Shown here one piece after another: positions 47,135 through 57,842 of a stretch of DNA of 64,000 bases. The notes beneath the pieces were generated by a model. The model had not been told where the DNA came from. It did no database searches and worked only from the letters and a program-made list of their open reading frames with translations. The DNA is from Minisyncoccota bacterium (GTDB lineage: Bacteria; Patescibacteriota; Minisyncoccia; Phycocordibacterales; UBA2100): assembly GCA_022842645.1 (NCBI GenBank), contig JALHPE010000001.1, positions 7,711 through 71,710 of the forward strand. The letters run 5' to 3'. Positions within the stretch are counted from its first letter, which is position 1. Every line of letters starts with the position of its first letter. The translations under genes were made by a program, and so were the position numbers.

Positions 47135-49735
47135 CTACATCCCCCTTGGAGAAACAGAACATCCCGCGGGGTTGGGTTCGGCCTCACAAAGACATGCAAT
47201 GAATGCGTCGATCGATTGTTCGGGATCACAGGTGCGGACGTCTATGGGAGCTACTGATGATTCGCCGCTGGCACTTGTTCCACCTGTTCCAGAAGAAGAG
47301 ACTGCGCTCGAAGCGCGGCCGGAATTAGAGAAGAGGGGCGGCGTGGTGGAAGCACTGCCCTCCACGCGCACCAACACTTCGTTAATGAATTTGTCTTCCC
47401 CACGCTCGATGTCACAAATAACCGCGAAACGTGTTGTCTCGGAAATGAGTGGTGATTGCACTTTTCCATTTGCGCCGCGCGCAATCACGCGCGAGAGCGC
47501 ATCGACAACTGCGCAAGACTGCGCACCCACACTCGACCACGAAAGCTGCGTGGTTTTGCCCGAAGCGATTTCAATCGGATTTGCAGTAATCGTCGCAACA
47601 GGTGTCGTACGCGGCTCAACTTTCGCAGGAGATGGATTTGCTGAATTCGCACCCGGAGGAGTGAAGAATGAAGCCAGGGCTTTTATAAGCGTGCCCATTA
47701 TTTGCATTCCTCCCTGTATAAATCCTGAGTTTGATTGCTGTGCACTCGCCCGAGGCTCTGGTGGAGTTTCTGATGCGGGTGGTGTCTCACTTTGCGCCGG
47801 AGGCTTCGGGGGGGAATTCGCCTTCGCCTCCTCAGTTTCTGGCGCAGAAGGCAGCGAGTCTTGAGGTTCCGACACAGAAGGAGGTGGTGTTGGCACTGGA
47901 GGTGGTGGTGTGGGTGCGGTTGGAATTGAAGGAGGTGGTGGAGGAACCTCGGCAACTTGGGTTGGAATCTCTACCCGAGACGCGCCAGGAAAGTTGAAAC
48001 GCTCCTGAATATTCCCAAAAACTTCTCTCACGTTCTGTGCGATTGCTGAAAGGCCTGAAAGCAGCCCTTCTCCGGGTGTGACTACCTCAGGAACTTCTTG
48101 TGGTGGTGTCTCTGATTCAAATCCAAGTGCCGAGCGTATTCGTTCTGCAACTAACCCACTGAGCGTGCCCGGGCCTGTGCCGAAGACGCTAATTGCATTT
48201 GCTTCGTCAAACTCAAATTCCGGCTCCGCGGCTTCAAGTTCACCTGCGTTTGCGCGGAGTCTCACGAGTCCTTCCGCCTCGCTGAGTACGCGCTGCTCAG
48301 AGCGCGCATCTTGCAGCGCGCGATACTCGTTTGATTTTATGAAATCGGGAAGCCAAGGAGTCCTGTCAATCCATTCTCGAAACGGGAGCGCGCGTGTTTC
48401 GTATGCAAGATCGAGCGCATACTCTGCTCGCGCAACATCCTCCTCAAGAATACGTCGCGCTGTCGCAACTTCCGGATCATCTGCACCGATGCGCCCACCA
48501 ACAAGTCCACTGAACGCCCCCTCAACTGCAATCGTACGTGCACGCTCGAAGCTTTTCGCAACAGGAAGTCCCTGCTCAAGACCTTCTGCAAAACGATTTG
48601 GAAGAACAGTACCTTCATCCCACCACAAAGGATACTGGGGGAGTTTCGGTGATACATCAGAAACAGTGCCTGTATCTATTTCTGCGGTTACGATATCAAC
48701 TGAAGGAAGTATCTCTTCTTCGGGAGGTGACTTAGGTGGCGTAAAAGGGTTTACATCATATGGCGGACGAATGGGGTTGCCTATGTCGTTGGGCGGATTA
48801 TCTGTCACCGGCTGCGCAGGACCGCCGCTCAGAGACGGAGCTTTTGGTGGAGGCGTTTGTGGATTGTTACTCGCAACAACCGGCCCGGGACGAGGAACGC
48901 TAGTATTCCCTCCGTTTCCTCCGGAAAATCCTGGCGCAGAGTTTATGCCAAAGAGGTTACCAAAAAAATCTATGACGCTCGGGAGAAGTCCTGAAAATAC
49001 ACTCCCCACCACGGGAGAAACAATAGTGCTAGAGATACCAGAAGCTCCAAATGTCGTGAGATGTTCAAATGGATTTCCACCACTAAATACCCCACCTTCG
49101 CCAAAGGTGCTTGCGGGGCGCTTGGGTTCGAGCACTGACGGTTTTCCCGTGGGAACTTGAGGCTTGGTTTGTGTCGGTGACGGAGCTTGTGGAGTCACCA
49201 CCTCAACTTCTGGTAGCACTACACTACCATCCGGATTGACCGCGGCACCACCGGTTGGATCAACAGATCCGCCCGGGAGAGGTTCCCCACTTGGAGGTTC
49301 AAACGCATCGAGCGGATCACTTCCAGAAGGCAATGTGCCACCCGAACCACCCGATGAACCTGAACTTCCCGAGCTACCCGCGCCACCACTCGGAGGATTG
49401 GTGGTGCCGCTGTCGGGCACGTCAGGAGCCCCGGTCAGAGGCTTTCCGTCGCAGCCTATTTTTGCCAAACACTTCGACGCGTCACATTTCGAAATTACCA
49501 CCGGGTTTGCTATCCCATCACATTCAAGTCCAAGTGCTTCGTTGTCGCCGACTGGTGTGCGCATGCATTCTGCGCCTTGCGGCAATGCATCTGGATGATT
49601 AGGCTCGGTAACACCCAGACCACAACGAATATCAGCATACTGAATCGAGCCCTTCAATTGAGCGTGCGTAATGAACGGCGCCGTTACAGAAGAAGCAACC
49701 CCGAACACTATGGTAAACACTAAACGAACGGTCAT
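47135..49735 (-). CDS. Large Pro/Gly-rich secreted protein, C-terminus paralogous to the 3287-aa protein
   Basis: Signal peptide ..THA|Q; Cys-rich N-term; shared Ig-like and DVRTC..CLCEAEPNPAGC tail; TATAAT 7 nt before ATG 49735. Confidence 0.88.
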   Translation of the reverse strand: MTVRLVFTIVFGVASSVTAPFITHAQLKGSIQYADIRCGLGVTEPNHPDALPQGAECMRTPVGDNEALGLECDGIANPVVISKCDASKCLAKIGCDGKPLTGAPDVPDSGTTNPPSGGAGSSGSSGSSGGSGGTLPSGSDPLDAFEPPSGEPLPGGSVDPTGGAAVNPDGSVVLPEVEVVTPQAPSPTQTKPQVPTGKPSVLEPKRPASTFGEGGVFSGGNPFEHLTTFGASGISSTIVSPVVGSVFSGLLPSVIDFFGNLFGINSAPGFSGGNGGNTSVPRPGPVVASNNPQTPPPKAPSLSGGPAQPVTDNPPNDIGNPIRPPYDVNPFTPPKSPPEEEILPSVDIVTAEIDTGTVSDVSPKLPQYPLWWDEGTVLPNRFAEGLEQGLPVAKSFERARTIAVEGAFSGLVGGRIGADDPEVATARRILEEDVARAEYALDLAYETRALPFREWIDRTPWLPDFIKSNEYRALQDARSEQRVLSEAEGLVRLRANAGELEAAEPEFEFDEANAISVFGTGPGTLSGLVAERIRSALGFESETPPQEVPEVVTPGEGLLSGLSAIAQNVREVFGNIQERFNFPGASRVEIPTQVAEVPPPPPSIPTAPTPPPPVPTPPPSVSEPQDSLPSAPETEEAKANSPPKPPAQSETPPASETPPEPRASAQQSNSGFIQGGMQIMGTLIKALASFFTPPGANSANPSPAKVEPRTTPVATITANPIEIASGKTTQLSWSSVGAQSCAVVDALSRVIARGANGKVQSPLISETTRFAVICDIERGEDKFINEVLVRVEGSASTTPPLFSNSGRASSAVSSSGTGGTSASGESSVAPIDVRTCDPEQSIDAFIACLCEAEPNPAGCSVSPRGM

Positions 49736-49752
49736 CCCTACCATTATACGAA

Positions 49753-49779
49753 GCGCGGCCGCCCTTCGGGCGGCCGCGC
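49753..49779 (-). terminator. GC-rich hairpin after groEL
   Basis: gcgcggccgcccttcgggcggccgcgc. Confidence 0.55.
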
Positions 49780-49806
49780 ACGCATTTCTGTTGAGAAGTC
49801 TTGGGG

Positions 49807-51459
49807 TTACATGTCGTCCATACCCATACCACCTCCCATAGCAGGAGCATCCTTCTTCTCTTCTGGCTCATCTGCAATCGCGGCTTCAGTGGTAAGAAGC
49901 ACAGCGGCGGCAGATGCAGCGTTTGCCACACCGGAGCGCGTCACCTTCACCGGATCGATAATACCAGCTTCGAAAAGATCGATGATAGACACTTCCTCAC
50001 TCTCGCTTGCGGCATCAAAACCAAATGCGCCACCTTTCTTTATGACTTCTTGTAGGAGGACAGCGCCGTCTTCTCTGCCACAATTCTTTGCGATCTGGAG
50101 AAATGGCGCGGAAAGTGCCGCAACAAGAATACGATACCCGATGGTGTATTCATCGTGCGCCTTTGCATCAATTTTTTTACTCAGCTTATCTCCCACTTTT
50201 GCAAGTGCTGCACCACCACCAGGAACCACACCCTCTGCAATCGCGGCTTTTGTTGCATTCACCGCATCTTCGATCTTATCTTTGAGGTATTTCATTTCAG
50301 TTTCTGTCGCGGCACCAACACGAATCACCGCAACGCCGCCAGAAAGTTTTGCAACACGCTCATCAAGCTTCTCGCGATCAAACTTTGAATCTGTGTTTTC
50401 TGCTTGCTTTCTGAGCTGTGACACGCGCGATTCGATGTCGCTCTTCTTGCCCTTGCCACCGACGATAACCGTTGAGTCCTTCGTTGCAACAACACGCTGC
50501 GCTTTGCCGAGCATGCTCACCTCTGCGTTTTCGAGTTTGATACCGAGATCTTCTGAGACCGTCTGTGCACCGACGGTAATCGCAATGTCTTGGAGCATAT
50601 CCTTCTTGCGATCGCCATAACCCGGGGCTTTGACCGCAAGCACATTGAATGCGCCACGAAGTTTGTTCACCACAAATGTTGCAAGTGCTTCACCGTCGAC
50701 ATCATCAGCAATGATGACAAGGTCTTTCTTGCCGCTTTGTGCAAGTTTCTCAAGGAGTGGGAGAATTTCCTTAATGGTTGAAATCTTTCTGTCGGTGATC
50801 AAGACGGGCACATCCTTTGCCACGGCCTCCATGCGCTCTGCATTCGTAATCATGTAGGGCGAGACATAGCCCTTGTCGAATTCGAGACCTTCAACGTAAT
50901 CGGTTTCGATACCAATTGATTGCGATTCTTCCACCGTTACCACGCCGTCTTTACCAACCTTCTCAACAACATCCGCAATCTTCTCGCCAAGTTCTTTGTT
51001 TTCTGCAGAAATAGAGGCGACGTATTGAATGTCTTTCTTCCCCTTCACCTCACGCGCCATTTTCTTAAGTTCTGTAACCGCATCCTTCGCTGCCGCTTCA
51101 ATACCGCGACGAATCATCATGGCATTCGCGCCCATTGCTGTGCGCTTCAAGCCTTCATGCACAAGCGCTTGTGTGAGGACAACGGCTGTTGTTGTGCCAT
51201 CCCCCGCTTTGTCATTCGTCTTCGTGGCAACTTCCTTCACGATACCAGCGCCCATGTTCTCAAATTTGTCTTTAAGTGTGATTTCTTTTGCGATGGAAAC
51301 GCCATCGTTCGTGATGGTCGGTCCTCCCCAGGAGCGATCGATTGCAACGTTCCTGCCGCGAGGCCCAAGCGTGACGCGCACAGCACCCGCAACAATGTCC
51401 ACCCCTCGCTTAAGGGCGCCACGTACTTCAGAGTCGAAAATAACTATTTTTGCCGACAT
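49807..51459 (-). CDS. groL: Chaperonin GroEL
   Basis: TLGPRGRN, GDGTTT, GGM tail. Confidence 0.99.
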   Translation of the reverse strand: MSAKIVIFDSEVRGALKRGVDIVAGAVRVTLGPRGRNVAIDRSWGGPTITNDGVSIAKEITLKDKFENMGAGIVKEVATKTNDKAGDGTTTAVVLTQALVHEGLKRTAMGANAMMIRRGIEAAAKDAVTELKKMAREVKGKKDIQYVASISAENKELGEKIADVVEKVGKDGVVTVEESQSIGIETDYVEGLEFDKGYVSPYMITNAERMEAVAKDVPVLITDRKISTIKEILPLLEKLAQSGKKDLVIIADDVDGEALATFVVNKLRGAFNVLAVKAPGYGDRKKDMLQDIAITVGAQTVSEDLGIKLENAEVSMLGKAQRVVATKDSTVIVGGKGKKSDIESRVSQLRKQAENTDSKFDREKLDERVAKLSGGVAVIRVGAATETEMKYLKDKIEDAVNATKAAIAEGVVPGGGAALAKVGDKLSKKIDAKAHDEYTIGYRILVAALSAPFLQIAKNCGREDGAVLLQEVIKKGGAFGFDAASESEEVSIIDLFEAGIIDPVKVTRSGVANAASAAAVLLTTEAAIADEPEEKKDAPAMGGGMGMDDM

Positions 51460-51493
51460 AAGGTTTTAGGTTCTAGGTGTTAGGTTCTAGTAA

Positions 51494-51817
51494 CTACTGT
51501 ATGATCGCGAGAATGTCAGACTCGTGAATGAGGAAATATTCAGTGTCGTCTCCTTCGAATTTCACCTCATTGTCCCAGCCGGAATTGAAGTAGACCTTCA
51601 TTCCCTTCTTAACAGTCATGGGGATAAGCTCGTTATCGTCACCGTGTTTGCCGGGGCCGACAGCGATCACCACTCCGCGCTTGGATTTCTCCTTCTGCGC
51701 CGTGTCGGGAATGTAGATGCCTCCGGGAGATTTCGTTTCCTCCTTGTCTTCGCGCTTAACGAGCACACGATCGTGAAGCGGCTGAACCGATACTTTTGTA
51801 CCTGTGTTGTTACCCAT
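51494..51817 (-). CDS. groS: Co-chaperonin GroES
   Basis: PLHDRVLV, GGIYIPD, AVGPG, ESDILA. Confidence 0.97.
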   Translation of the reverse strand: MGNNTGTKVSVQPLHDRVLVKREDKEETKSPGGIYIPDTAQKEKSKRGVVIAVGPGKHGDDNELIPMTVKKGMKVYFNSGWDNEVKFEGDDTEYFLIHESDILAIIQ

Positions 51818-51913
51818 ACAAAAAGAGATTAGTGATTAAAGCGGTCGCATTATATGTGAGCGAGGGGGCGTTCGCAAGAAAAAGTACCCCTTACACAGGG
51901 GGTAGGAGGCGCT

Positions 51914-51942
51914 TTGACTTACCCTCCCTCTTTTGCTATCCT
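51914..51942 (+). promoter_or_regulatory. Sigma70 promoter of secG
   Basis: TTGACT-17 bp-TATCCT with TG extension; ATG 6 nt downstream. Confidence 0.75.
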
Positions 51943-51948
51943 CTCGCT

Positions 51949-52179
51949 ATGGAACTCTCGGGTTTACTGCCGTACGTGCAGATAGCCCTCTCGGTCCTCC
52001 TCATAGTTGCGATACTCTTGCAACGCACGGGAGCGTCACTCGGAGGTGCATTCGGAGCTGATAACTTCAGCACCGGTTTTCACACGCGCCGTGGCTTTGA
52101 AAAAGTTCTCTTCAATTCTACGATCGTGCTTGGTATACTGTTTGCACTCTCCGCGCTCGCGCACCTCTTTATCGGTTAA
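51949..52179 (+). CDS. secG: Preprotein translocase subunit SecG
   Basis: ILLQ..GASLGGAFG, TRRG.EK.L; 2 TM. Confidence 0.9.
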   Translation: MELSGLLPYVQIALSVLLIVAILLQRTGASLGGAFGADNFSTGFHTRRGFEKVLFNSTIVLGILFALSALAHLFIG

Positions 52180-52229
52180 TACTGGCCAGACGGCCTTCGC
52201 GCGAGACGGGTTACCTCGTCTTATACTCC

Positions 52230-53930
52230 ATGTTCGGCTCGATTCCACTTGTTCGTCGTTTGTACGACACACTCCGCACCTTCTCACCATTTGAGAGGCT
52301 ACTTCTCTATGTCTTATCTCTCGCGCTCGCACTCTCTGCGGGCTGGATGCTCATTTCCCTCAGCGCTGTATTTTCAACGCAAATCCCTGCGCGTGGCGGC
52401 TCATTTGTAGAAGGTGCTGTTGGCACCGCACGCTTTGCGAACCCGCTTCTTGCCTCCTCTCAAGCAGATCACGACCTTACCGCACTCGTGTACTCAGGAC
52501 TCACACGACAAGAAGGAGGCACCTTTGTGCCCGACCTTGCCGAACGTGTGAGCGTCTCTGAAGACGGCACTGAATACACGTTTACACTTCGTGATGCAAC
52601 ATTTCATGATGGAGAGCCGGTGACCGCGGAGGATGTTGCGTTCACTGTTGCACTTGCGCAAGACCCCGCAACAAAAAGCACTCGTCGCGCGAACTGGGAA
52701 GGGGTTGAAGTACACGTCGATGATCCGCGAACCGTGCGCTTCACACTACCGAACGCGTACGCACCTTTCATTGGAAACACAACGCTCGGCATTCTTCCAA
52801 AACACTTGTGGAAAGATGTTTCGGCAGACGAGTTTTCCTTCACCTCTTTGAACACAGTCCCCGTGGGGAGTGGCCCTTTCAAAATAAAGGATGTCTCGCT
52901 CGACCCTGTCGGTGCGCCAACAGAATATGTGCTCGAATCGTTTGCAGATTTTACACTCGGCGAACCGCATCTGCGCCGAATTACCTACCGCTTCTACCCA
53001 GATGATGACGCACTCTTCGAAGCGTTTCTTGCGGGAGATATTGATAGTTTTCTATCACTTTCGCCAAAAACACTCTCTAATGAAATTACACAAAATGCAC
53101 GTCTAGTAGAACTGCCACTCACGAGAGTGTTCGCCGTGTTCTTTAACCAAAATCATGCATCTTTCTTAGCAAATACCGCAGCTCGTCAAGCGCTCGCAGC
53201 GAGCGTTGAAAGAAGCGCGCTCATTGATCGAGTACTGGGAGGCTTTGGAGAGCCTCTTACAGGTCCAATACCATCCGACATATTATCGCTCGCCGCGACT
53301 ACAACCGAAACCTCTGCAGCGTCGAAAATTCTTGAAGATGGTGGGTGGTCGCTTGAGACAGCAAGCACCAGTGAGGCGCGGCCTTTGTGGAAACGGAAGG
53401 ACGCCACACTCTCCTTTTCGCTTGCGACCGCAGACACCCCCGAACTAGTTGAAACAGCGCAACTGATTGCAGAACAGTGGCGCGCACTCGGTATTGATGT
53501 GAGACTCGAAACATATCCACTATCCGATTTCAATCAAACAGTACTCCGCCCACGCGCGTATGATGCAATTCTTTTTGGAAAGGTGCTCACGCGCCCACTC
53601 GACCTGTTTGCCTTCTGGCATTCATCGCAGCGCAACGACCCTGGACTCAATCTCGCGCTCTACGCAAACACATCTGCCGATAAACTTCTGGCCGAGGCGC
53701 GTTCCGAAAACGACACGGATGCGCGACGCGAACTTTATAGAACATTCACAACACTCGTTGCAGAAGATGCGCCCGCTGTGTTTCTCTACACGCCAAGCGC
53801 ACTCTATGTTGCACCAGCACACATCACAGGCCCTGCAAAAATGACCGTCACCTTCCCTGCCGAACGATTCCTTGCCGCTCACACGTGGTATCGCGATATC
53901 GAATATGTGTGGCAAATTTTCACCAAGTAA
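52230..53930 (+). CDS. Peptide ABC transporter substrate-binding protein (family 5)
   Basis: YSGL, PDLA, YTFTLR..FHDG.PVTAEDV.FT, PVGSGPF. Confidence 0.9.
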   Translation: MFGSIPLVRRLYDTLRTFSPFERLLLYVLSLALALSAGWMLISLSAVFSTQIPARGGSFVEGAVGTARFANPLLASSQADHDLTALVYSGLTRQEGGTFVPDLAERVSVSEDGTEYTFTLRDATFHDGEPVTAEDVAFTVALAQDPATKSTRRANWEGVEVHVDDPRTVRFTLPNAYAPFIGNTTLGILPKHLWKDVSADEFSFTSLNTVPVGSGPFKIKDVSLDPVGAPTEYVLESFADFTLGEPHLRRITYRFYPDDDALFEAFLAGDIDSFLSLSPKTLSNEITQNARLVELPLTRVFAVFFNQNHASFLANTAARQALAASVERSALIDRVLGGFGEPLTGPIPSDILSLAATTTETSAASKILEDGGWSLETASTSEARPLWKRKDATLSFSLATADTPELVETAQLIAEQWRALGIDVRLETYPLSDFNQTVLRPRAYDAILFGKVLTRPLDLFAFWHSSQRNDPGLNLALYANTSADKLLAEARSENDTDARRELYRTFTTLVAEDAPAVFLYTPSALYVAPAHITGPAKMTVTFPAERFLAAHTWYRDIEYVWQIFTK

Positions 53931-53970
53931 CCACTTTATTAATTATTAATTGTTAATCACAGAAAGATCT

Positions 53971-55830
53971 ATGTTCAGTCCTACAGAACCCACCCGAGGA
54001 GGTGGAGCACCAAGGAGAGGGCCACACCCACTCGGGCCTCGAGGTCCGCGACCCGGCGGAATGCGACACTCACGTCCACGACCACCACGTCGAGGCTCCG
54101 TGCGTGTTGAGCACTCATCTCCCGCGCCGCGCCGCGAAAATGCAAAAGTCCCACCAATTAGCACCGACACTGTGCGCATCATTCCACTTGGCGGTGTGGA
54201 AGAAATTGGCCGCAACATGACAGCCGTTGAAGTTGGTGATGATATTTATGTCCTCGATTGTGGCTTCCAGTTTAAGGAAGACGACACGCCGGGCATTGAT
54301 TACATCCTTCCAAACACTGGCTACTTGGAGCAGAACCGCCACAAAGTGCGCGGCATGCTCATCTCTCACGGTCACCTAGACCACATCGGTGGCATTCCCT
54401 ACATCCTCGACAGGATTGGTAATCCAATGATCTACACCCGCCGCCTCACGGGCATGATGATCAAAAAGCGTCAAGAAGAATTTGTGGGGAGTAGCCCAAT
54501 TCAAATTCGCGAAGTTGAAAAAGGTGAGACCATAAAACTTGGCAATCACACGGTGCGCTTTTTTGGCGTGACTCACACCGTGCCGGATTCCATGGGTATT
54601 ATTATCGAGACTCCATGGGGCGATGTCGTTTTCACTGGCGACATTAAGCTCAACCATACGGATGGTACGCCATCCGAGGAAGAACAGCGTGAGTTCGCTA
54701 TCTTCAAAGACCGCAACGTCTTAGCACTTCTCATGGACTCCACGAACGTCTGGCAGCCAGGCTTCTCGATTCCGGAGGTAAATGTCTACACCACTCTCCA
54801 GCGCATCATTACGGAAACGAATGGCCGCCTCATTATCGCGATGTTCGCCTCGCACCTTGAACGCCTCATCCGTGTCATGCAGTTTGCGGAAGAAAATGCG
54901 AAGAAGGTGGTGATCGACGGCCGCTCAATGCGCACCAACATCGAAATTGCGCGCGAACTTGGTCTCATCAAATACAAGGATGACACAGTCATCCAGGTAG
55001 AAGACATCGATCGCTTCCCTCCTGAGAAAGTGGTAATTCTTGCAACGGGTGCACAGGGTGACGAATTCGCCTCTCTTGCCCGTATCGGCAACAAATCACA
55101 CAAATATTTGCGCCTCAAACCGACTGACACCATTGTGCTCTCGTCGTCGGTCATTCCGGGAAACGAACGTGCGGTGCAAAAGCTGAAAGACAACCTCTCG
55201 CGTCAAGGCGCACGCATCATCACCTACCACGCGTCCGATGTGCACGCTTCGGGACACGGCAACCGTGAAGAAGCAGTATGGATTCACAAACAAGTGCGTC
55301 CAAAATTCTTCGTGCCCGTGCACGGCTATCACTATATGCTCCGCGTGCATGGCGACGTTGCTGAAGAGCTCGGCATGCCACGCGCGAACATTATCATTCC
55401 TGATAACAGCGCAGTGGTTGAGATTGTGAATGGCGAAAAAATTGGTGTGCATCCAGTCAAAGCTCCCAACGAACTCCGTGTTGTTGAGGGACACACCGTT
55501 TCTGAACTCTCTGATGTCTTAATGCGCGACCGCAAGGCACTCGGACAGGAGGGATTCTGTGTTGTCGTGGCAACGGTTGATCGTCGTACTGGAAAACTCC
55601 ACAAATCTCCCGATATTATTTCTCGCGGATTTGTGTACCTCCGAGACAACAAAGACCTCATGGATCAAACGCGACTGATTGTGCGCAAGAGCGTTGAGAC
55701 TGCAATGCGCAATCCTCGTGCAGCAGACCTTGATAGTGCACGCGATGACCTCGCGGAAGATGTTGCTCGTTTCCTCCTTCTCAAAACACAGAAGCGACCG
55801 ATTGTAATTCCCGTGATCGTAAGTATCTAA
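53971..55830 (+). CDS. rnj: Ribonuclease J
   Basis: PLGGVEEIGRNM, SHGHLDHIGG, TGD.K, HASGH, PVHG. Confidence 0.96.
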   Translation: MFSPTEPTRGGGAPRRGPHPLGPRGPRPGGMRHSRPRPPRRGSVRVEHSSPAPRRENAKVPPISTDTVRIIPLGGVEEIGRNMTAVEVGDDIYVLDCGFQFKEDDTPGIDYILPNTGYLEQNRHKVRGMLISHGHLDHIGGIPYILDRIGNPMIYTRRLTGMMIKKRQEEFVGSSPIQIREVEKGETIKLGNHTVRFFGVTHTVPDSMGIIIETPWGDVVFTGDIKLNHTDGTPSEEEQREFAIFKDRNVLALLMDSTNVWQPGFSIPEVNVYTTLQRIITETNGRLIIAMFASHLERLIRVMQFAEENAKKVVIDGRSMRTNIEIARELGLIKYKDDTVIQVEDIDRFPPEKVVILATGAQGDEFASLARIGNKSHKYLRLKPTDTIVLSSSVIPGNERAVQKLKDNLSRQGARIITYHASDVHASGHGNREEAVWIHKQVRPKFFVPVHGYHYMLRVHGDVAEELGMPRANIIIPDNSAVVEIVNGEKIGVHPVKAPNELRVVEGHTVSELSDVLMRDRKALGQEGFCVVVATVDRRTGKLHKSPDIISRGFVYLRDNKDLMDQTRLIVRKSVETAMRNPRAADLDSARDDLAEDVARFLLLKTQKRPIVIPVIVSI

Positions 55831-55878
55831 AAAGAGAAAGCCCGGAAAAAATCCCGGGCTTTCGAGTATGAGGCGACG

Positions 55879-56298
55879 CTAGTGGATAGTGTGCTCATCA
55901 GAAAAACCGATGGCACGCACGACAAGCGTCATCATGCATGCGATAAGCATGACAATCCAAAGCGCGCCTAAGGCCGTCGTGAACCCATGCTCGATGAAAA
56001 AAAGTAGCATCGAGAATGCACACGATGCCGACAGTGCACGACGTTCCCATTCAGACATAGGATCAAGGAAACGCCAGATGAGCGCAAGAGTGGTGCCGAA
56101 CAACATGACGGTTACCGGCACCATCAAACCGAAAGCAAGATGCAGATATGCACACACGATCTGCAAGCTCCCGAATACAATTGCGCGCCTAAAGAACTGA
56201 CTGGTTGCCCAAACAAAACGCATGGAGAGGACCTGATTCAACACAATATGCGCCGTATCAGAGCCTTGAATGCGAAGAACGCCCAGCTTTCCAAGCAT
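55879..56298 (-). CDS. Membrane hypothetical protein
   Basis: 4 hydrophobic helices; GGAGG RBS before ATG 56298. Confidence 0.6.
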   Translation of the reverse strand: MLGKLGVLRIQGSDTAHIVLNQVLSMRFVWATSQFFRRAIVFGSLQIVCAYLHLAFGLMVPVTVMLFGTTLALIWRFLDPMSEWERRALSASCAFSMLLFFIEHGFTTALGALWIVMLIACMMTLVVRAIGFSDEHTIH

Positions 56299-56349
56299 AG
56301 TACCTCCAGATGGGGATGATCCCCGTGGGCGACTATACAATGAAAATAT

Positions 56350-57141
56350 CTATTCTGCAATACACCACGAATTTTTAGTCCTAGCAATCATTCCCTCTCG
56401 TTCGAGGGCGACCAACGCGGGTACACAACGCTCATCACCAAGAAGGGGTTGTAATGATTGGCGCTCTGTCAGAGCCCGTAGAATAGCACCTCGCATTTCC
56501 CGGGTAGAGCCAGAAAAAGATTTTTGACGCACATGATGACGACTTCGGCGAGAAGGATTCGGGTGTTGTTTTTTGATATGAGCACCGTAATCCATTAACG
56601 CCGCATACCACTCCCGAGGATTGCGCGTGCGCATCACACACGTTCTGAGAATGGGTATTAGTTTCGTATCAGGAACCGACCGCGAGCGCGGAAAGAAATG
56701 ATGAATAAGTGCAGCGCGAATATTAGTTTCAATAAAAACGTCTGATTCGTTGAAGGCGAACGCGCGTATTGCACCCGCAGTGTAAGAGCCAACACCAGGG
56801 AGAGATTCGAGTGCAGTGCGATCCTTGGGGAGCGCTCCACCGTATTGCGTCACTATCGCTTTTGCACATTCGTGGAGCATTTTCGCACGCCGATTATAGC
56901 CAAGCCCACTCCATTCTCTGAGCACACGCGAAAGTGGTGCTTGTGCCAGTGAGTGTGCAGTAGGAAACATACGCATCCACCGTTCAAAATATGGAACGAC
57001 ACGATCAACTTGTGTTTGTTGTAGCATGATTTCAGACACGAGAATGGCGTAAGAGTCGCGAGTCTTACGCCAAGGCAGCGTGTGGCGTCCGTACTTTCGG
57101 TAGTGCATCAAAACAACTCGACGAAATGTAGTGCTTGTCAT
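56350..57141 (-). CDS. mutY: A/G-specific adenine glycosylase MutY (short form)
   Basis: LPWR, VSEIMLQQTQV, WSGLGY..RA, LPGVG.YTA HhH. Confidence 0.9.
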   Translation of the reverse strand: MTSTTFRRVVLMHYRKYGRHTLPWRKTRDSYAILVSEIMLQQTQVDRVVPYFERWMRMFPTAHSLAQAPLSRVLREWSGLGYNRRAKMLHECAKAIVTQYGGALPKDRTALESLPGVGSYTAGAIRAFAFNESDVFIETNIRAALIHHFFPRSRSVPDTKLIPILRTCVMRTRNPREWYAALMDYGAHIKKQHPNPSRRSRHHVRQKSFSGSTREMRGAILRALTERQSLQPLLGDERCVPALVALEREGMIARTKNSWCIAE

Positions 57142-57842
57142 GGCAATACCTTTTGCACCTCTTCAAACCAGAGCGCATACCCTTCTCCCGATGGGTGGAG
57201 CATATCGGCAGAATAGTAGTGCTTTGGATCTTTCGTGAACAAATCCTCTTCACGTGACTTGTAGAGATTGACATACGTTGTGCCGGTCTCTCCTGCAATA
57301 CGCGCAAACTCTGCATGGTAACGAAGGGTGGCGCGATGATAATACGGATTCAGGAACCAAGGGAAAAATCGTGTGCGTCCCACGTCCCCTGCGGTCAAAA
57401 ATATAACGTGAGGAGAGAGTTTTTTTGCCTCGCTCAAATATGCGGAGAGCTCTCTCGCCGCATCCCCTGCCTGGCGAAAGCGGATAATGTCGTTCGCACC
57501 AATGTGGATGAGTATGAACGCATATTCACTTCGCTTTACCTCAGCAAGTTGTGCAGGAAGATCCGCAATACGCGCACCAGAAACAGCATGATTCTCAATA
57601 GCGTTTTGTGGATAGAGTGACCCAAGTCGACCAGCAATACTCTCCTCAAGTTTTTCTGCCCCCACACCAACCCCTAGAGAGTCACCAAGTATCAGAATGA
57701 CGGGATGCCCCGTGGGACGTTCGAAAGGTAGTGCTATACGCACCAATGATTCGCTAGTTATGCGAAGTGATTGAAAGCGCGCATATGCATACCCAAGGTA
57801 TGAAAATGACGCCGCAAGAGCGACAAGCATGAGTATCTTCAT
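57138..57842 (-). CDS. SGNH/GDSL hydrolase, exported
   Basis: LGDSLG, GAND, D..HPS..GY. Confidence 0.9.
   Translation of the reverse strand: MKILMLVALAASFSYLGYAYARFQSLRITSESLVRIALPFERPTGHPVILILGDSLGVGVGAEKLEESIAGRLGSLYPQNAIENHAVSGARIADLPAQLAEVKRSEYAFILIHIGANDIIRFRQAGDAARELSAYLSEAKKLSPHVIFLTAGDVGRTRFFPWFLNPYYHRATLRYHAEFARIAGETGTTYVNLYKSREEDLFTKDPKHYYSADMLHPSGEGYALWFEEVQKVLP

Noticed and set aside
48078-50620. Long plus-strand ORFs (360 aa, 269 aa)
   Set aside because: Antisense shadows of the secreted protein and groEL
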